A program made the position numbers and the translations under genes. A model generated the notes under the pieces. The model did not search any database. It was not told where the DNA came from and was given only the letters and a program-made list of their open reading frames with translations. DNA of 64,000 nucleotides from positions 352,001 to 416,000 of the forward strand of contig JBMOMC010000001.1 in assembly GCA_049325335.1 (NCBI GenBank), in the 5' to 3' direction. Below, one piece after another: positions 58,760 through 64,000 of this stretch (positions are counted from its first letter, which is position 1; each line of letters starts with the position of its first letter). Source of the stretch: Nitrospirota bacterium (GTDB taxonomy: Bacteria; Nitrospirota; Nitrospiria; 2-01-FULL-66-17).

Positions 58760-61528
58760 ATGTCCGATCTCGACACGGTCTATCAACCGAAAGATGTCGA
58801 AGCGCGCTGGTCGCGCCTTTGGCTTGAGCGCGACGTGTTTCGGGCCGACCCGGCGTCACCGGGCGCGCCCTACTGCATCGTTATCCCGCCGCCCAACGTC
58901 ACGGGTTCGCTGCACGTCGGCCACGCGCTGAACAACACGCTGCAGGACATCCTCGTTCGCTGGCACCGGATGCGCGGCGACGCCACGCTGTGGCAGCCCG
59001 GAACGGACCACGCCGGCATCGCGACCCAGAACGTGGTCGAGCGTCAACTCAAAGCCGAAGGGTTGTCCCGGGACGACCTGGACCGGGAGCAATTCATCGA
59101 ACGCGTCTGGGCGTGGCGCAAGGAATCCGGTGGCCGCATCGTGGAACAGCTCAAACGTCTGGGCGCGTCGTGCGACTGGAGCCGCGAGCGCTTCACCATG
59201 GACGAAGGACTCTCCGCCACGGTGCGCGAGGTCTTCGTTCGCCTGTACCGCGAGGGGCTTATTTATCGGGCCGAGCGTTTGATCAACTGGTGTTGGCGCT
59301 GCGGAACGGCCTTGTCCGACATCGAGGTCGAACATGAGGAAATCGCGGGGAAGATGTACCATATTCGCTATCCCCTCGCCCACGACCCGTCGCAATCCCT
59401 CACCGTGGCCACCACGCGGCCCGAAACCATGCTGGGGGACACCGCGGTCGCCGTCCATCCCGAAGATCCTCGGTTCAACCAGTGGATCGGACAGCGGGTC
59501 GCGCTGCCGCTGACCACGCGGACAATCCCCATCGTCGGCGATCCGATCTTGGTTGACCGCGAATTCGGAACCGGCGCGGTCAAGATCACTCCGGGACACG
59601 ATTTTAACGACGAAAAGGCGGGACGACGGCATGGCCTCGACAGCATCTCACTTCTGAATTCCCGCGGGCGGATCGACCCTTCGAGCTACGCCGCGGCTCA
59701 GATCCTCGATGATCTCGGCGCCCAACTTGCCGACAAACCGGTCAAGGACGCGCGGACACTCGTGGTCGAACGGTTGGAGCGCGACGGCTTGCTGCTCAAG
59801 ACCAACGATCACCGCCTCGCGATCGGCAAGTGTTACCGCTGCAAAACCAGCGTCGAGCCGTATGCGTCGCCACAGTGGTTCGTCAACATCAACGACCCGG
59901 CTCCCGGAAAATCCCTCGCCCAACCCGCGATCGACGCGGTGCGGAACGGGACCATCCGGCTGATTCCGGAAGGCTGGGCCAACAACTACTTCGGCTGGAT
60001 GAATCAGATCCAGGACTGGTGCGTGTCCCGGCAAATCTGGTGGGGACACCGCATCCCGGTCTGGTACTGCCGCGCGTGTGATCCCGCGGTCGCGACAACG
60101 GGCGCCGCGATTCACATCGGCCGCGCCGCGTTCCCCATCGTGCCCTCAGTGGATTCGGCTCACCAAGCGCCGACCCGCTGTCCTCGGTGCGGCACGATGG
60201 ATCTGGTTCAGGACCCCGACGTGCTCGACACCTGGTTCTCCTCAGCCCTGTGGCCGTTCTCCACTCTGGGCTGGCCCCAACGTACGCCTGAACTGGCGCG
60301 GTTCTATCCGACTTCGGCGTTGGTCACGAGCTTTGACATCCTGTTCTTCTGGGTCGCGCGAATGATCATGATGGGCCTCAAGTTCATGGGCGACGTACCG
60401 TTTCGGGACGTGTACATCCACGCGCTGGTGCGGGACGCCGACGGCCAGAAGATGAGCAAGTCCAAGGGCAACGTGATTGACCCGCTCGGCATCATGGATC
60501 AATACGGCACCGACGCCCTGCGGTTCACGCTGGCCGCAATGGCCTCGCCCGGACGCGACGTGAAACTCTCCGAGCAGCGCATCGAGGGGTATCGGAACTT
60601 CGCGAACAAACTGTGGAACGCGTCGCGGTTCGTGTTGATCAACGTGGCGGGTCGATCAACGGATGCCGGCCCCGAGCACCGATCGCTTGCCGACCGATGG
60701 ATCACGGTCCGGCTCAATCACGCGATCGACACGGTGACCCGCGATCTGAGCGACTACCGCTTCGATGAAGCCGCCAACCATCTGTACCGCTTTATCTGGC
60801 ATGAGTTCTGCGACTGGTACATCGAGCTCGCGAAACCCCGGTTGTCCCCGGATGCCCCGGAGCGCGAGGCCGCCGCAACCCGAGCGACCATGGTCACCAC
60901 GTTGGAGACCACGCTGCGGTTGCTCCACCCCTTGATGCCGTTTATTACGGAAGAAATCTGGCAGAAGATTCCCCACGCGGGAGACACGATTGTCCTCGCT
61001 CCCTACCCGCGGCCGGTCGCGATCTCGAACGAGGATCGCGGCCTCGAGGGAATCATGGACGAGATCATCGCCGTGATCACGGCCATCCGGACGATGCGAA
61101 GCGAGTTAAACGTCCCGCCGGCTCAGAAGCTTCGGGCGGGATTCAGAACCGGCGCGGCGACGGCGGAACGGATTCGGCGTCACGGCGCGGGCGACATCCT
61201 CCGACTGGCCCGCTTGTCGGACTTCCAGGCGGCTCCGGACATGGAGACACCCCACGGTGCCGTCGCTCACGCCACGCCGATCGGCGAAGTATTCGTGGTG
61301 CTGGAGGGCGTTGACCTCGAAAAGGAACGTACCAGACTCCACAAAAACCTTCGCGAGACCCAGGCCGAATTGTTACGAATCGAGACCAAGCTGAAGAACC
61401 CGCAGTTCACCGCGAAAGCTCCGCCTGACGTCATTGCGGATCATGATCGCCGCCGCGCGGAACTGTGCGAACAGCATCGCACGCTCTCGGAGCAACTCGC
61501 CAGACTTGGCGGGAGCGGCTCGCCGTGA
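58760..61528 (+). CDS. valS: Valine--tRNA ligase
   Basis: PPPNVTGSLHVGHA, TTRPETMLGD, DVLDTWFSS, KMSKSKGN, C-terminal coiled coil. Confidence 0.98.
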   Translation: MSDLDTVYQPKDVEARWSRLWLERDVFRADPASPGAPYCIVIPPPNVTGSLHVGHALNNTLQDILVRWHRMRGDATLWQPGTDHAGIATQNVVERQLKAEGLSRDDLDREQFIERVWAWRKESGGRIVEQLKRLGASCDWSRERFTMDEGLSATVREVFVRLYREGLIYRAERLINWCWRCGTALSDIEVEHEEIAGKMYHIRYPLAHDPSQSLTVATTRPETMLGDTAVAVHPEDPRFNQWIGQRVALPLTTRTIPIVGDPILVDREFGTGAVKITPGHDFNDEKAGRRHGLDSISLLNSRGRIDPSSYAAAQILDDLGAQLADKPVKDARTLVVERLERDGLLLKTNDHRLAIGKCYRCKTSVEPYASPQWFVNINDPAPGKSLAQPAIDAVRNGTIRLIPEGWANNYFGWMNQIQDWCVSRQIWWGHRIPVWYCRACDPAVATTGAAIHIGRAAFPIVPSVDSAHQAPTRCPRCGTMDLVQDPDVLDTWFSSALWPFSTLGWPQRTPELARFYPTSALVTSFDILFFWVARMIMMGLKFMGDVPFRDVYIHALVRDADGQKMSKSKGNVIDPLGIMDQYGTDALRFTLAAMASPGRDVKLSEQRIEGYRNFANKLWNASRFVLINVAGRSTDAGPEHRSLADRWITVRLNHAIDTVTRDLSDYRFDEAANHLYRFIWHEFCDWYIELAKPRLSPDAPEREAAATRATMVTTLETTLRLLHPLMPFITEEIWQKIPHAGDTIVLAPYPRPVAISNEDRGLEGIMDEIIAVITAIRTMRSELNVPPAQKLRAGFRTGAATAERIRRHGAGDILRLARLSDFQAAPDMETPHGAVAHATPIGEVFVVLEGVDLEKERTRLHKNLRETQAELLRIETKLKNPQFTAKAPPDVIADHDRRRAELCEQHRTLSEQLARLGGSGSP

Positions 61529-62367
61529 TCGCGACGCCCGCCGTGCTCCGCGAGTTCGTTGAGCGAGCCTTAGCCGAGGACATCGGCCGGGGAGACGCCA
61601 CGACACGGGCGTTGTTCACCGACCCCGTCCCCGCGATCGGCCGGATCAGCGCCAAGAACCAGACCGTGGTCGCCGGCGGGACGGTCGCGGCGCTCGTGTT
61701 TCAGACGTTGGATCAACACGCCGTAATCGAGCACCGTATCGAGGACGGCCGGATGGTCCTGGCGGGCGATCCGGTGCTGACGGTCCGCGCAGATGGCCGC
61801 GCGCTATTGACCGGCGAGCGCGTGGCGCTCAATATCCTCCAGCGCCTCTGCGGGGTCGCGACCGTGACCCGATCTTACGTGGATGCCGTCCGAGGCTATA
61901 CGACCAAGGTCGCCGACACCAGGAAGTGTCCGGCTGGATGGCGCGTCCTGGACAAATACGCGGTCCGATGCGGGGGCGGAGTCAATCACCGCTTCGGACT
62001 CGACGACGGCATCCTGATCAAGGACACCCACCTGGCCCTCGCCGGCGGCATCCCGGCCGCGGTCCGGCGCGCCCGTGCCGAAGGTCGGCACGGTCTAAAG
62101 ATCGAGGTCGAAGTGCAAACCCTGGACGAGGTCTCCGAGGCATTGGACGCCGGAGCCGATGTCATTCTATTGGACAACATGGCGCTGGCGGACATCCGCG
62201 CGGCCGTCGCGCTCATCAAAGGCCGCGCGCTCGTGGAAGTCTCCGGCGGCATCACCCTGGCCGCGGTCCGCGACATCGCGGCGTCGGGCGTCGACCTTGT
62301 GTCGGTCGGCGCGCTCACCCACTCGTCGCCGGCCGCTGATCTGCACATGGACGTATGGCCGGCTTGA
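61525..62367 (+). CDS. nadC: Quinolinate phosphoribosyltransferase
   Basis: ALAEDIGRGDATT, ERVALN, DTRK, NHRFGLDDGILIKDTH, IEVEV, LLDNM, SVGALTHS. Confidence 0.95.
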   Translation: MIATPAVLREFVERALAEDIGRGDATTRALFTDPVPAIGRISAKNQTVVAGGTVAALVFQTLDQHAVIEHRIEDGRMVLAGDPVLTVRADGRALLTGERVALNILQRLCGVATVTRSYVDAVRGYTTKVADTRKCPAGWRVLDKYAVRCGGGVNHRFGLDDGILIKDTHLALAGGIPAAVRRARAEGRHGLKIEVEVQTLDEVSEALDAGADVILLDNMALADIRAAVALIKGRALVEVSGGITLAAVRDIAASGVDLVSVGALTHSSPAADLHMDVWPA

Positions 62368-63164
62368 ATCGTGACGCCATCCAACGCGGCCTCAACGACC
62401 CGGCCGCCTGGCATCTGCACGTCTTCGACGAAGTGCCCTCGACCAACACGCTCGCGCTGGACCTTGCCGCCCAAGACGCGCCCGAGTGGACGGCCCTGTT
62501 GGCTGATTCACAAACCAACGGACGCGGACGCGCGGGACGCGAGTGGCGTACCCCGCACGGCACCGCGTTGGCGATATCGATCATTGTGCGACCGCGCGTC
62601 GCCGCTGATGCGCGGCCGTGGGTCGGGCTGGCCGCCGCGTTGGCCACGCGGGACGCGATTGAACACGTAACGGGAATGTCCGGGCTGGTCAAATGGCCCA
62701 ACGACGTGTTGATCAGCGGACGCAAGGTCGCCGGCATCCTACTGGAGACGCGGCACGGCGCGGTCAGCGACGCAGCGAGCGCCGTGGTCATCGGCATTGG
62801 GGTCAACGTCAACAACCGGGCCGCGGCGTTTCCCGAATCGTTCCGCGATACCGCGACCTCCCTATTGGACGCGTCGGGGACCGTGACGGACCGACAGCGA
62901 TTGGCCGCGGCAATCCTCAATGAGGTGCACCAGGTGAGCGGCGAACTCCCTCACGGGATCGAGACCCTGAGGGCTCGCTGGCGGTCGGCCAGCGCCACGT
63001 TCGGCGCAATGGTTGCGGTGTCCACCCCCGGAGGCCTCGTCGAGGGCATCGACCACGGCCTCGATCCCCAGGGACGGCTGATCGTCCGAACGCGCGACGG
63101 GGAGCGCGCCATCCATACCGGAGAGGTGTTGTTGTGCCGAACTCTCGCTCCACAGACCACGTAA
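62355..63164 (+). CDS. birA: Biotin--protein ligase (no N-terminal HTH)
   Basis: VPSTN, QTNGRGRAGREW, KWPNDV, KVAGIL, GIGVNV. Confidence 0.92.
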   Translation: MAGLNRDAIQRGLNDPAAWHLHVFDEVPSTNTLALDLAAQDAPEWTALLADSQTNGRGRAGREWRTPHGTALAISIIVRPRVAADARPWVGLAAALATRDAIEHVTGMSGLVKWPNDVLISGRKVAGILLETRHGAVSDAASAVVIGIGVNVNNRAAAFPESFRDTATSLLDASGTVTDRQRLAAAILNEVHQVSGELPHGIETLRARWRSASATFGAMVAVSTPGGLVEGIDHGLDPQGRLIVRTRDGERAIHTGEVLLCRTLAPQTT

Positions 63165-63982
63165 CGACCGCGGCGCGGCGCGGTCGGCGCGGCACACGGC
63201 CCGGGGCCGGCGCCCCCCTCCTGCTCGCCGTCGACATCGGAAACACCAATGTCGTAGTCGGCCTGTTCAGCGGACGGAGCCTCATCAGCCAGTGGCGCCT
63301 TGCCACCCACGGCGGACGCACCGCCGATGAATACGGGTTGACCCTTCGCGAACTGCTCCGCGACGCGGGACCCGCGCGTCCGTCCGAAGCCATCATTTCC
63401 AGCGTGGTCCCCAACCTCACCCCGGTGTTCTCGGAACTGCTTGATCGGTACTTCGGGGTGACCCCGACGGTGGTCGGACACACCGCGCCGCTCGGCCTGT
63501 CCATCGGGTACACCAACCCCGATGAAATCGGCGCCGACCGCCTCGTGAACGCTGCCGCGGCCTTCGACGCGTTCGGCGGCCCATTGATCATCGTGGATTT
63601 CGGCACCGCCACCACGTTCTGCGTCGTGTCGGCCGACGGCGCATATCTCGGCGGCGTGATTGCGCCGGGCGCCGCGATCTCCGCCGAGGCCCTGACCGCT
63701 CGCGCCGCCAAACTCTCCAAGGTTGAATGGGTGCTTCCTCCAACCGTAATCGGCCGCGACACCGCCAGCAGCATGCAAACCGGGATGATTCTGGGCCATG
63801 CGTGTTTGGTGGACGGCATCATCCGGCGGATCCAAAAAGAATTGGGAGCGCGATGCCGGGTCGTGGCCACCGGCGGCCTCACCCCGTTGATCGCCCCGGC
63901 CTCCGAGTGCATCGACACCGTCAAGCCTCATCTCACCCTCGAAGGCCTCGCGCTGTTGGCCGAACGACAACGATCCCCTTAA
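63134..63982 (+). CDS. coaX: Type III pantothenate kinase
   Basis: LAVDIGNTN, SSVVP, IGADR, VDFGTATT, GGVIAPG, VATGG. Start uncertain. Confidence 0.93.
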   Translation: MPNSRSTDHVTTAARRGRRGTRPGAGAPLLLAVDIGNTNVVVGLFSGRSLISQWRLATHGGRTADEYGLTLRELLRDAGPARPSEAIISSVVPNLTPVFSELLDRYFGVTPTVVGHTAPLGLSIGYTNPDEIGADRLVNAAAAFDAFGGPLIIVDFGTATTFCVVSADGAYLGGVIAPGAAISAEALTARAAKLSKVEWVLPPTVIGRDTASSMQTGMILGHACLVDGIIRRIQKELGARCRVVATGGLTPLIAPASECIDTVKPHLTLEGLALLAERQRSP

Positions 63983-64000
63983 CGCATCCAGAGCGACCAC

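Overview
GC-rich bacterial chromosomal window. The gene content and order (valS-nadC-birA-coaX, ftsEX-envC-ctpA, a RomR-like regulator, a PEP-CTERM gene, class II RNR) suggest Nitrospirota or a Deltaproteobacteria-like lineage; this is inference only. The first 5.4 kb is the end of a defence island: Type III R-M res (5' truncated), a Schlafen/AlbA-ATPase gene, and a mod gene broken by one extra base at about 4083. The rest is mostly housekeeping: galT/GH57, pdxST, PBP1B with a TPR lipoprotein, hemW, csp, dcd, glpD, moaB, proC, tandem thyX, gltX-tRNA-Gln, hpnE, groESL with CIRCE, the ffh-rpsP-rimM-trmD-rplS cluster, ECF sigma/anti-sigma, nrdJ with two NrdR boxes, a sigma54 two-component system, and valS-nadC-birA-coaX. 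The best candidate for an undescribed system is a minus-strand unit at 16.4-19.2 kb: a palindrome-covered promoter, a leaderless 35-aa ORF missing from the ORF track, an uncharacterised ATP-grasp-like ligase, and a translationally coupled KamA lysine 2,3-aminomutase. Other notable items: a Cys-rich PAS/degenerate GGDEF gene inserted between ffh and rpsP; an orphan cytochrome b with a His-rich tail starting 5 nt after tRNA-Gln; a PEP-CTERM islet with readable enhancer, IHF and sigma54 elements; a sigma54 promoter in front of an ECF sigma; and a RomR-like pseudo-receiver with a duplicated C-terminal motif. All calls come from reading motifs by eye; no searches were run.
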